64,000 bases of DNA from positions 954,940 to 1,018,939 of the forward strand of contig NMRA01000080.1 in assembly GCA_002633005.1 (NCBI GenBank), written 5' to 3'. The notes under the pieces were generated by a model. That model did not search any database, was not told the origin of the DNA, and was given only the letters and a program-made list of their open reading frames with translations. Positions within the stretch are counted from its first letter, which is position 1; each line of letters starts with the position of its first letter. A program made the translations under genes and the position numbers. The stretch comes from Phoronis australis. Taxonomy: Eukaryota; Animalia; Phoronida. Positions 24,301 through 35,050 of this stretch are shown piece after piece.

Positions 24301-27022
24301 TTGTAGATCCAACGGAGCTATAGCAAACAAGTTGTTTCCTCTTCATGGTTCCACTATTTCATGTGGTTGTTAAAAAAATTCATAACCATACAAAAGGTTT
24401 GCTAGGCTTTTACTGTAAGTGCCTCATTTAACCTTGTTAATATCATTTGACGCATGTCCAACTTCTGTTCAGTATTCCACCCATTAGAGCTGTACTTGCT
24501 CTTAATGACAATCAGGTCCCAAACTTTTTGCCTGGGTAACAAGGTTTTGTGTTTGTTGACCGGAACAGCCTGGCAAATCAACGTTGCCGATGGCGTATGA
24601 TTAGCCAGGCAACACGTATTTGTTTGTTTCGCATCTGAACTCTTTCCCACTGCTACGACAGGTAATAATCGACTGATCGAGTAACACGACTCGTCAAAAG
24701 CGGACATAAAAAGTAGCATTGGGGCATTCTGATTGGTTGGAAAATAACATTTCAAATTTCGATTGGTTGATGTTGAGAAATACGTCATTAAATTGCACTA
24801 TTAGTTGAGAAATCCCTTTGTGCCTGGCGGTTGCTGCAACCACAAAATCGAAGTGTTGCACACACGTTTGTATTTTTGACTCACGCAAATTACAAGGCGT
24901 CAAACAGAACAACAGGATGATTCACGCATACTTTTATGGCTCATCCCAGTACCATCTATGCGCCAAACATCCACACCAAGACTTGTGTACCGATGACCAG
25001 ACGCGGACTCATGTGTTGTTCATCATCATCAATTTAGAGTCCACATGATAAACGCAGGTTGGAACCATCATGTTCACTACTCATAATGTTACTCGAGCAG
25101 AACATTTGGTTTCGGCTGACAGTACAACCGTGTTTTTCTTTCCGTATCTCATAAAGGTTGCTCAAAAAGGAAGAACGAGCAATTGAATTCCATGAGTAGC
25201 AATATTAAAGAAATATTTTTCTTGGGAAATTCCAAAGAATGAGAGAAATAAGAGTCAACTTGAAATTTTGAAATGTGAATGCTATGAGATCGTAACTTAG
25301 TGTGGTCATAGATTACAGACAACAGAACCGTAACTTTTTCTTACGTAGTATCCCAGAGGAGGCCTCAACCTCTAAACATACAAAACTCAGCTTGCGGTTA
25401 AAGTATTGTGACGGGAAATTCTTGCATCTCCTCTACTGTCCAGTACAACAAAAATCATTTCGGCTTTGAAACACTATTCAAAGTCTTCCAATAGTAGAAC
25501 TCGTGGAATCGTGAATAGTTTTGACAATGCTGCTGGTTAAGCACCCAACCACAAAACAGCAGACTATAGTTAGCAGACGACGTGCTTGCCGGAAGTAAAA
25601 CGAGCTATGTCTGCCAAGTGTCGCTAGTGAATAGTGTTGTCACGGTTTATGCGTAAGATCACAAATTTCGGATCACAAAATATACGGAGTTGGCAGTCCT
25701 TGTACTGTAGTATGTGGTGTGGTCAATTTCCTCGTTTTTCAGATGTTCACCAGAGGCTGAATGCCGGACACGTAACATATTTGGTTGTTTCACTATGTTC
25801 TTGGAAGTGCGAAGCGTGTTTTTTTGATAATTTTCAAACGCCTGTGTTTTGCAGTTTCTTAACAGTTGATGAACACTTACACTGCGCAAACCCTGTCTGA
25901 TGTAGTCATTTTGCGTTAGGCGTACCTATATCATTGCTTTCTTCTGCAAATACAAGAGACTCACGTTACGGAATGTGAAAATTATAAATAAGTCTATATG
26001 GCCAATGGCAACAAAAATGTTTGATTAACGTGAATTCTATGGCAATGTTGCTTGTTTAAGAGGTAAATATGCGTAAAAACCGTTGCTCGCTCAGTTACGA
26101 CATCATTGCAATGTCTATTTGTTAAGTTTTGCTCAAAATACAGTAAAAAGTTGACAATCAAAAAGCTAAGACATGTTTAACATATTTGTGATAGGGTTCC
26201 GTCGAAAATGCCGTTATCAACATGATGACAAAAGACCAAAATGATTAGAGAAACAATGTTTTTAAAATCTCTGTTCGAAGTCAAAAAAATATTTTTGATA
26301 AAGAGCGCATATCTCGTAGAAAAAATATTGACAATTAAACAAGAATAAAAAATTTTATTATGAAATTTATCCACCTTTCAGAAAATATATACTTTGCTGA
26401 GGTTGGAGCTAACAGAATTTAAGATGCTTCACATAAGTACAACCTGGTAAACAAGGTTAATAGAGGCCATAAGTCAGTTTCTTTTACGATCAGGGTGCTT
26501 CTTCCTGGCCTGTTTTGCCTTAGTAGTGAACTGGGCTGCGCTCCGTATACCCGAGGCATTAGATAGGCACTTGAAACCATCGCTTATGAATCGGATACAG
26601 AGAATACTATACCATGATTTATGACTTCAGTACCATACGTCAACATTTAAACCTCGTCAATCAATCACTTCAATTTTGTTGGGTTACGCTGGTAAGGTCT
26701 TGAGCATGCTCGTAAAATACTCGCCTTTCATTCGCGTGATTTTACGTGATTTCGATTTACTTGCTATAAAATTGGTCTGCGTAACGCATCACAGATAATA
26801 TAACTAGTACCACAATGGCCAACTCCTAGTTTTTGTTAGTTTGTAAACATTTATAAATTGTTCGTACTGTTTATTCAGTTCAATTTCTCTAAATTCCTTC
26901 AGAGAATTCACAAGCAAGATCAGACGCGGCGGACGTTAATCTTCGACTAAACTGTGGTGTGATCCGTAAAAAGAAAACTGACAACACCTCAGTAACACGG
27001 TCGCAAAATCGTGCTTCTGCAG
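12324..27022 (+). CDS. RHIM-like motif and TRADD-N-like domain protein (putative immune/death signalling adaptor); 3' end uncertain
   Basis: Open, phase-compatible exons: 12324-12368 (MDSQDLLSLRRRMLQ), 14185-14398, 17458-17652 (AVVQIGNENEVHL), 18205-18363 (VFQHGADNSVHI), 18744-18869, 20811-21137 (GCIEVLLVARSKKEAEVLKRKLLGGQLDKELRHLLITEKVQRLANYEYIDMEIDV, TRADD-like N domain pattern), 23644-23766, 24046-24216, 26903-27022; about 493 aa. Possible terminal exons at ~30813-30872 and from 31086 (TACTAAC branch point, TTTTCCTAG). Confidence 0.72.
13130..13889. mobile_element. Non-autonomous Kolobok-type element, copy 1
   Basis: TTAA|GGTTATCTCAAACCTTATT ... AATAAGGTTTGAGACATTC|TTAA (TTAA target duplication, TIRs); diverged second copy at 58627-59426. 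Confidence 0.75.
14863..16065 (-). mobile_element. Kolobok-derived foldback-like element with ~315 bp inverted arms and a THAP transposase pseudogene
   Basis: Ends ATAA|AGGCAAAGGCAACC ... GGTTGCCTTCGCCT|TTAA; 14863-~15180 is an inverted copy of ~15757-16065. Confidence 0.8.
15195..15810 (-). pseudogene. Frameshifted THAP-domain transposase N-terminus
   Basis: MPRSFCVPGC..., LHRFPKDDTLRRTWL, RVCGKHFLPSDY, RLKKGAIPSF (THAP C2CH and AVPT-like box), then KFIVDLSTVLELFRRCQVCG, spread over several frames. Confidence 0.85.
17901..17970. mobile_element. Short diverged MITE, same family as 20030-20174
   Basis: CATAGACGGTGCAGCACTGAAAAAAGTAGG...TATAGCCC matches CATGGGTGGCGCAGCACTGAAAAAAGTGGGG. Confidence 0.55.
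19220..20514. mobile_element. Internally deleted Kolobok element
   Basis: Perfect 15-bp TIR AGAGTTCCCACCATG / CATGGTGGGAACTCT, TTAA on both sides. Plus-strand remnant ESDNEF...GFRPYELDP resembles the PYxFEP start of the Kolobok accessory ORF; minus-strand THAP remnant SAHFKESCFD near 19930-19960. Confidence 0.8.
20030..20174. mobile_element. hAT-like MITE nested in the Kolobok element
   Basis: TIRs CATGGGTGGCGCA ... TGCGCCGCCCATG; two internal ~70 bp subunits. Confidence 0.65.
20956..23422. repeat. Near-identical 1.23 kb direct duplication around an N gap, probably uncollapsed haplotypes
   Basis: 20956-22189 repeated at 22191-23422; the junction is exactly the N at 22190; few SNPs and indels. 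Confidence 0.9.
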
Positions 27023-27033
27023 GTAGGATTCCA

Positions 27034-27438
27034 GTTAACAACAAGCTACCGTTCTTAGACGTGCTTATTGATTATGATGAATCTGGCATTAAAACCTCAG
27101 TATACAGGAAACCTACATATGATGGGGTTTGTTTACATGAAACTAGCCAATGTCCTCTGAGATATAAACTCTCTGTTTTGACAAGCTTTTTGAAAAGAGC
27201 ATATTCCGTTTGCTCAGACTGGAAAACCTTCAACACCGAGTGTAATCGCATTAAGCAAATTATGATAAATAACGGTTACAGCAATAAGTTTGTTGATGAG
27301 AATGTGAAGCTTTTCATAAGCCAGTTGCAGAAGCTTATGTGTTTAAAACAAGCAAGTGGTTGTACCAAAAAACTATTCTACCGCAACCAATTCCATTCAC
27401 GTTATATTGAAGATGAACGAGTTTTAAAACGGATCATC
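27034..27438 (+). mobile_element. Penelope-like retroelement RT C-terminal fragment, intronic
   Basis: NKLPFLDVLI...KTSVYRKPT...SQCPLRYKLSVL...KRAYSVCS...ECNRIKQIMINNGYS; begins just after the 27022 donor and ends at the N gap. Confidence 0.85.
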
Positions 27439-27684
27439 NTTAAACGTTCATGTACGAACGTTCGACCTAACGTTTAGCCTTATACGGCGCAGGAGCCTAG
27501 AATCAGCGTTTGATAAATTTCGTGTTTAATTTAATTGGCGATGCGGTTTTTATATTACAAGTAAATCCTTTTTAAAAGATTTGACTGATTCATTCAACCG
27601 CCAATTATGTCAGTGATTGTGTTTTTCAGAGGGGTTGGCTAGTTAGAGTGGACCACAGTGTTAAAAGCATCCGGGTCGGCTTGC

Positions 27685-29095
27685 TGGAATACAAACTAAT
27701 GCAGCATGCCGATGATACGGTTATACCTTTAGATGGCTCGGACCAAACTCTTCGGAAAACACACCGCATTATAAATATTCTAGTCTAAAGCCTGATCTGA
27801 TCTGGAAAAAACAGTTTGTATATGGATAAGGTCTCCGAAAGGAAGACATCAAAAATGTGTTGTGACGTAATACAAAAATGGACAACATCAGAATTCACTT
27901 TACTGGGTATTCAGTTCTGCAGTGATATATATAAAATTCTCGACATTAACTTTGATAATACGCTTGATGAAATAAAAAATAGGTATGTGAGGAAAAAGAA
28001 ATTTGACACTTTTTGGAAAAACAACAGTTCTGAAATCCATAAGTATGCCAAACATATTACAAGACTCATGTCCCCTTCACTGGTCGTCCTGAAGCAGCTG
28101 AACAAAATGTTCTACTGTTTTGTGTGGAGCGGGAAAACGGAGAAAAAAATTGTCGCAAAACTGTGACTCAATAGTATAATGTTGGTGAACACAAAAAGAA
28201 TGACGTCACCTCTTTTATGAAAATCATTAATTTAACTTGGTTTGTAGTACCACAAGTTTAAGGGCAGTTTTGCAGATGGTCTGTTGTCGACAGTTTCAAA
28301 TAATTTCTCATCTTGAATATCATGGTTTTTGGAATTGAAATGATTACCTATAGTATCAGAAATGTTTTTATGTATTATGTTAAATCTATGATTACGAAAC
28401 CGAGATCTTTCTGTACAAATAATAGAAAAACTCCAACACCCCAGTACCCCTCACAGACTCAAAAGAGAACAATATTGGATAGACAACCCTCAATACAATA
28501 GAACCTCATGGATTGAACATAAAAATTTCTTAAAATATGTCATTGATTTTTTTACGCAAAAATGTATCATATTCATTACACCATATCTTATATGTCAATT
28601 GTCATATAGTGTTTGATTTTACTTTATTTCTGTTTTTGTTGACAAAGGAAGTTATTACATCCGAAAATTTCAAATTTCAGTTGATCCATTCTTGTTGTTT
28701 TATTTACCGAAGAGTTTATACAGACGTTTCATTTCACTCCTCAAGTAACCTTATTTTTGTCCAAGAAACCCATCGTACGCTAACTGGAGTCATCTCAGAG
28801 ATGGAAAGCAACAACAAATTTTACCGCTTCGTCCACGGTACATCGAAGTAATTTTGGTAGATGTTAAAGTTGTGAATAACATTTACCACGTTGTTGTCTT
28901 TAAAAATTACAAAAATGTGTCAAATGAAGTGGAGTGAAAAATTAAATCTTTTCGATACTACAGAAAGGCGCTTCAATGTTTTATCCTACATCTGTTCATT
29001 CACTGAAGATGTATCTCTGCGATGGTTCCAATTTAGGCTGGTTCAGAATTGTGGGCTGCAATGAATTTTTACAGAAGATTGGCCAAAAGTGGTGG
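27685..29095 (+). mobile_element. Degenerate L1/Tx1-clade LINE ORF2 remnant
   Basis: EYKLMQHADDTVIPLDGS (YADD equivalent), FTLLGIQF, KMFYCFVWSGK, and zf-RVT-like SLRWFQFRLV...IVGCNEFLQKIG; many stops and frameshifts. Confidence 0.75.
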
Positions 29096-29864
29096 GAATA
29101 CCACACAACTACTAGAAATCCATTTCAAAAACAATTTGAAATGAGGAATGTGCACAGTCAGTTTGAGATAAGACAGTTTTTATCCACAATATGTTCCAGT
29201 CATGCAAATGACAATCGTTAATTCGCTACTCAAAAATGAAAGCAATAAGCATTCTAAAAGCAACAATTAGAAAGTCGTGACAGATGAAACCCATTCTATT
29301 CAAAAGTGAAGTCCAGCAAGTGAGATTTTCTCTGAATACTGACAATTTGAAAAAAAAATTGTTCAAAAACGGCGCGTGTACTTTGCGTGTTAACCGGATA
29401 CTCTTCGAGATCGGATAAGCGTAGCGTGGTAATGTTTTTACCCCAAAACCGCTTCTATTCGTGTAATGTTCAATTTTGGCTGCCAAACAACGGCAAAACC
29501 TGCTAAATCTTTTTTCGCTACACGCTTTACGTTTCGTATTTGAACATCCTCGAGAATGAAGGTACGGTATTTTGCTAGACATATGAAATATCCTTAAATG
29601 TTGAAATCGAGCAATAACTACGTTTTCATAGAATTGTCGGTTACAATTCTTGTCTTGTGAAAATTGGCGTCAGTATTCCTCGTCTGTGTACTTTCTGTAA
29701 GGGCCAACCTGGGCTTCATTTAGCTATGCTGACAATTCTCCGTTTTTTCACACAAAGAACCAATTTGCTGGGAAATTAAACATTTCTTCTTGACGACATA
29801 TTTAACCAAGCTTGCGTAAAATTCTTTCATCAATTGAAACGTAATCAATTGCCATTTTTCAATT

Positions 29865-30800
29865 CAGGGCCGTAGGAAGCGGGGGAGCGGGCGGGGGCGG
29901 GGGCGCATGGCCCCCCCAAAAATTTTTCAGGCGTCAGGGTTCAACCGTGGCAACCGACATACACGTGGGGCGGGGACAGTCGAGAAAAGAAAGATTGCTA
30001 AATGCGGATAAGAAAGAAAAATCAAGAGAAACATTTAACAACTCTGTTTCAGTGCATGGTTTACCTTTGGGGACCCTGGCCAGGACATTGTTGTTGGGGT
30101 CTCCGCTTTTGAAGCACCTGTAGTCTAAACGCACTTGGAAACGTGCACGTAATGATTCATGCATTACTTGTCGAAAAATCGAAAAACGAAGATTTTGCGA
30201 AGCGTATTAATTTACTTGATTTTTAAATTCAATAAGTCAAAATTTTTCGACTGCAAAACCACATTTTTCCAGAGAACCCTCTGTGGCAAGGGATTACGGA
30301 AACAACTGTCGCTTTTCTTTTTTGTGTATCACTAGATGCCCTGTCGGATATCATCAATTGCTTCACATTTCTTGATTTTTCAAGATGTTTATAATTTCAT
30401 ATTGAGGGGCCCCACCTTTGAAGGAGGCCATTGATGACATTCAAATGGCTACCTTTGTATGTTTGTATTGACAAACTCTTATGGGTCCGCTCACTGATAG
30501 AGGGCCCAATATTGGACTTGATTACGTCTGGTTTCCTGTTCTTGTGAAATCGTGCAACAGACTTTCGTGTTGAAGAGGGTCACTCCCTGCACCGTCTTGT
30601 GACCACACGACGGTGAAATGAACTGTCACTCTTTTCCAAGCTTAATGATATTTAGTCTTTCATACTTAAGGAGTCCCATCCAGAGAACGGATGTGGAGGT
30701 GGAGATAGCAAGGAGGTAGCTTGGGAAAGTCAAATTGGTTTGTGTACCCCCACGCCCCCCCCTCCCCCCCCCAATACGTTTTTGCCTTCCTATGGGCCTG
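29865..30800. mobile_element. Non-autonomous DNA transposon (hAT-like) with a 5-bp target duplication
   Basis: CAATT|CAGGGCCGTAGGAAG ... CTTCCTATGGGCCTG|CAATT; G-rich and C-rich subterminal tracts. Confidence 0.7.
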
Positions 30801-33794
30801 CAATTCTATCAGATCTTCCTCAACAGGCCATCTTAAAAGTGCCAGCTACAACAGAACAAGTTGTGAAAATCAAGTAATGTTTAAAATACCGGTACTAAAT
30901 TTAGTAAATATCTGTCTCCTTCCTAAATATGTAACAGACAAAATCGACACTTACAGTCTACATGTATTCTCTGTCTAAGAACGTATACAATGTTTCATAT
31001 TTTTATCCATGTTCTAATTGAAGTATCTGTAATCACATGTCTCACGTCTTGAACATACGCTTTACTAACCGTGCCGTTTTCCTAGGAAACCATAGTAACT
31101 GTGTACAAATCATTGTAAAATTCACTTAATTTCCGTTTTAAATAATAACTTTACATTTTATTCCACTGTGCATGTACTTATTCTGTTGTTAGCTTTGTTA
31201 TTCTTCTTAAATGTTATGATTTATTTATTGTTTCTCGGTGGTCAGCTGTTAGCGGCCTGTGCCTTTGCTGGCCACCCAGTAGTATAGCAATATATGTTTA
31301 TATATGATTTAAAAATAATTTTTGTTTCTTTACCTTCAACTTAATCTATACTCACAACACTAAGTTATCTCGGTGAATATTTAGTTAATTATCAGGATAT
31401 TCAATATTTTCTCCAAAGATATTTTGAAAAAATGAAAAACAAATATATGGTTTCGAGTGCCGTTGTTGATAAATTTGCTGTGACAACCTCGTGGAAGAAG
31501 AACAATTGATTGAAAAATTGGGAGAAAACTGGCTAATAGGTGACGCAATATTTAATGGTGCCAAAAGCCGATACAAAAGATCGCACCACAACCTTTGCAG
31601 CAGAATAACGAAGAATGCCAATTTTGTCTAAAATTCTCATATAATAAAACAACATATCACAGCAACTATTTAAAGTAAGAATATTTATTTTCCATCAAAC
31701 AATACTTGACAGAAATCATTAGAGTGGTGTTTCGGTCCCCGGGTGTCCTGTCCGATCCCCGGGGTTCCTGTTTTAGGGAATAAAGGTCAGGGTTCGTGTT
31801 TTTCCGGCTGGTTAGCTGTTTTCAAGGTGCAGGATATCTGTTTTACACCGGGCTTCCTGTTTCGACGGAACGTAAAATTTCAACCGTTGTGGTTTAATAA
31901 TTTTATTCCTATTCATAACAAACCTGTTTCTTCTACATAAAAGGTGGATAAGAAAAGGTTTATTGGGTACAAATAAAACAACACAAGAATAATATATTGT
32001 TTAGTTTGTATTGGGAATTTCAGGGTCACAGCTCTACAAATAATTATTTCACAGAAGGTTCCAGATGGGTACCTCAATTACAATAGATAACACACATTTG
32101 AGATATCCAATGTGTAATTGCGTATCGGATAGTAAATGGCACAGGTTAGTGTAGTAACTAATGGATACATCATATCTAGGTGAGACCTGAGATTTTGTTT
32201 GGCGTTCTGCTAAAGTGCACGTTGGCTAAGATGTCTCCACGCACTCATCCGAGAACGCACTCACTATACGTCAAAGTGAACAAAACTGTGAAGTCGGAAT
32301 CTTTCAGAGAAAATCGTCTCAGTTCCGCTTTATAATGTGCTTGCGCGGTATGTTGGGCGCGACAAGAGGAGTAATGATTAAAATTATCACAAAAATCACT
32401 TCACATGTATTACAACTTTCGCTAACTTGATCTTGGCTGCAACACTTAAGGGCGAATGATAGAAATTACGTTCTCATAATCATGCATAGTTCATGTTACA
32501 AGATCAGAAATTTTATCAAAGAAGCTAACAAAGAATACTGCCAGATTGGAACAGCGACAACATCTGAGATTAACTATGTTGACAACTGGTGGAGCCAACA
32601 CGCACCACGGGTGCAGACCCTCACAACGTTTAGCAAAACACATTACCACGCACAAATAACACTTGCCACGGAGCCTGAACTCCAACCACAGTCAGACCAT
32701 TTCTAGTATGTGCAAGCTCAGATGTGCAAGTAACGAAAGCCAGCACATAGAATCTGGGTCACACGCTTCGGTCACTTGCACGAAACATTTTCTGAAGTGG
32801 AAGTGCCTGATTTGAGTTCGAGTTCAGTGGCAGTGGCTTGTTGTGTGTAGAATGGGTATGTCTGGAGACTGGTAGTGACGTAACACTACCTAAGATAGGA
32901 TCTGGTTATAAGGGGGCGCAATAATTGTTTTCGAAGGAAGACTCCCACGTGGGCCCTAAACAACCTACGGTGATTTCTTCTCTCTCTTTTTGGTTGTGCC
33001 AGTAGGTGGCGGACTCCCTGCCATTCCACAACATCTGCAGATGAGTGATGGGAACTGGAAATCCTCAACAGCGTGAATAGCCACCCAACCGTTTGCACCT
33101 CATAGTCCACTGAGTAAGGCAGTGTATGGTTGACGGTAAGTGTCTTGAATGCACCATAAACCCTGAAGTAGTCGATGGTAATTGACCAAATCATAAAATA
33201 CACCTGACTATTAGTAGGCCTTACACAATTCAAAGACAAGCACTGGCTTGTTCGAGAAGGCACTTTGCTTATGTTTCTTTATCTCTGCTATGATTTTGTG
33301 TAAGAGTTTATGATATTCAATGTATTTGTGCAAGTATCATTTATAAATAATTGACTCTGCACAGTATTCAGATCATCACTGATGGGCACTCAAAATATTA
33401 TGAAAACGGAACAGAGAGAAAATAAACTTATCAAACAAATCCATGTCTTTTTTCCTCCGGCACCAAGGAATTAGTTTCCCTTTCTGTTTGCGATACACCA
33501 GTCATGCACATGCAGTTGTAACGCACAGACACACATGATTAACTGTAATTCTCTGAACCCAAAACAAAAGTGAAATAAAAACAGTGATGTGAACAAAGCA
33601 ATCATAAAAAAGTCTCCTACTGACCTCAAATTTCCCTAGCCTTTACAATTTATTTTCTCCATAACGTACCAGGTATTGACGTATCACCTTACGAATGACA
33701 TGAAAAAAATAGTCAAACGCTGAGGTCTTGATATGATATTTTTACGGTGGCTGTAAACGGACGGCACGGCAATTTTTTTCTCCGTTGCTAACTC

Positions 33795-33940
33795 TAGCGA
33801 TACATTTACTAACTCTATCTATAGACTTACAAACTCTATCGACAGACTTTCTCTATTGATATACGTACTAACTCTATCTATAGACTTACTATCTCTATGG
33901 ATAGACTTACCAACTGTATCGATAGACTTTCTAACTCTAA
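33795..33940. repeat. Left subterminal ~21-bp tandem array of the IS3EU element
   Basis: Unit ~ACTCTATCGATAGACTTACTA. Confidence 0.8.
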
Positions 33941-34069
33941 TTAAAACGGATGACTGAAACAAGCATATTGTCGATTTATCCAAGCTAGGGTTGACTCAAA
34001 ATGAAGTAATAAATGTGGCCATGTCTCGTTTTCGAGCGTCACTAAGCACAAGGTAATTGCGACTTGTTT

Positions 34070-35050
34070 TTGGCGACTTATGGACTTAGGCGGCGAAAAA
34101 ATGTGTCTGACTTTGATGAAGTGACTCGTTTTGCTAAAGAACAAAGTCACAGGTTCAGGTCAGATGCATCAGAAGTGTGTAGCGAATGGTGTAACTGTAA
34201 CACGAGAGACAATTTGGCAGTTGTTAACTGGCATTGATCCTTCTGGAGTTGAATCCAGACGTCGTAAACGGCAAGTTCTGAGGAGGTATAGAGAGCGGTC
34301 TGAATGCCGTTTGTCATATGGATACTTGCGACGAGCTTAAGTCACATGGGATTTGTATTAATGACTGTATTGATGGCTATTCAAGATACACATTGTGAGT
34401 TGAGGCCCACAAGACAAACATTGACCCAAGGGTAATTGCAGGCTATTATGTTTCAGCTGTTCGTAGTTACAAAGGCTGTTCATTCTTAAAGCTGCAATTC
34501 CTTAAATCTTATAATCGCTTGCAAAACATAATTTATTTGTAACTTTTTCTGAGAAGAATGATGGTGACCGTCTTGCAGTCTTCCTTGATATCTTATATTT
34601 ACACTTTGTAGCCGATGGGGTGAGCAGCCAATGATTCCTTATAAAAACGTAGCTATTGCAGGCATAACTTTATTTTGGGAAAGTGAGATTGTCGTGCGGT
34701 GATAAAACTATATTGGTGTTATTATTTTGCAGAAGGATATTGGCAAATTCTGTCTTCTGTGGAATGCACACAAGATCCAGCAATGCATGAATATGTACTT
34801 TAAGTTAATCATGGGAGTCCATTTTCGATGTACACTCTTCCTGAAACGTATGGAGCAAGAGATTGGCTTTGTGCTGCAGACGAACAAATAGTTTTAGCCA
34901 GCCAACATGAGTGTACATTTAAGTCTGATCGTCCCTGCCATGACGACTTCTATGTACTATGTTGATGACAGGACACAGAATAGAAACGCCCAGTGACGTT
35001 ACAAAGGCAGCAAACTTGCACATCCAGCTTAGAGACATCATTGCTGCTGC
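34070..35050 (+). pseudogene. IS3EU DDE transposase (integrase core) pseudogene
   Basis: GLRRRKNVSD..., MHQKC...VTRETIWQLLTGIDPSGVESRRRKR, NAVCHMDTCDELKSHGICINDCIDGYSR, TNIDPRVIAGYYVSAV, LWNAHKI, GSPFSMYTLPETYGA...; interrupted by stops and frameshifts. A second copy lies at 36845-37545. Confidence 0.85.

Noticed and set aside
26959-27477. 172 aa ORF as a host-retroelement fusion protein
   Set aside because: A good donor at 27022/27023 separates the host exon from the Penelope fragment; the shared frame is probably coincidental.
32886-33263. Merlin/ISXO2 transposase remnant (LTVNH motif)
   Set aside because: Only one short motif; no other DDE features or TIRs found.
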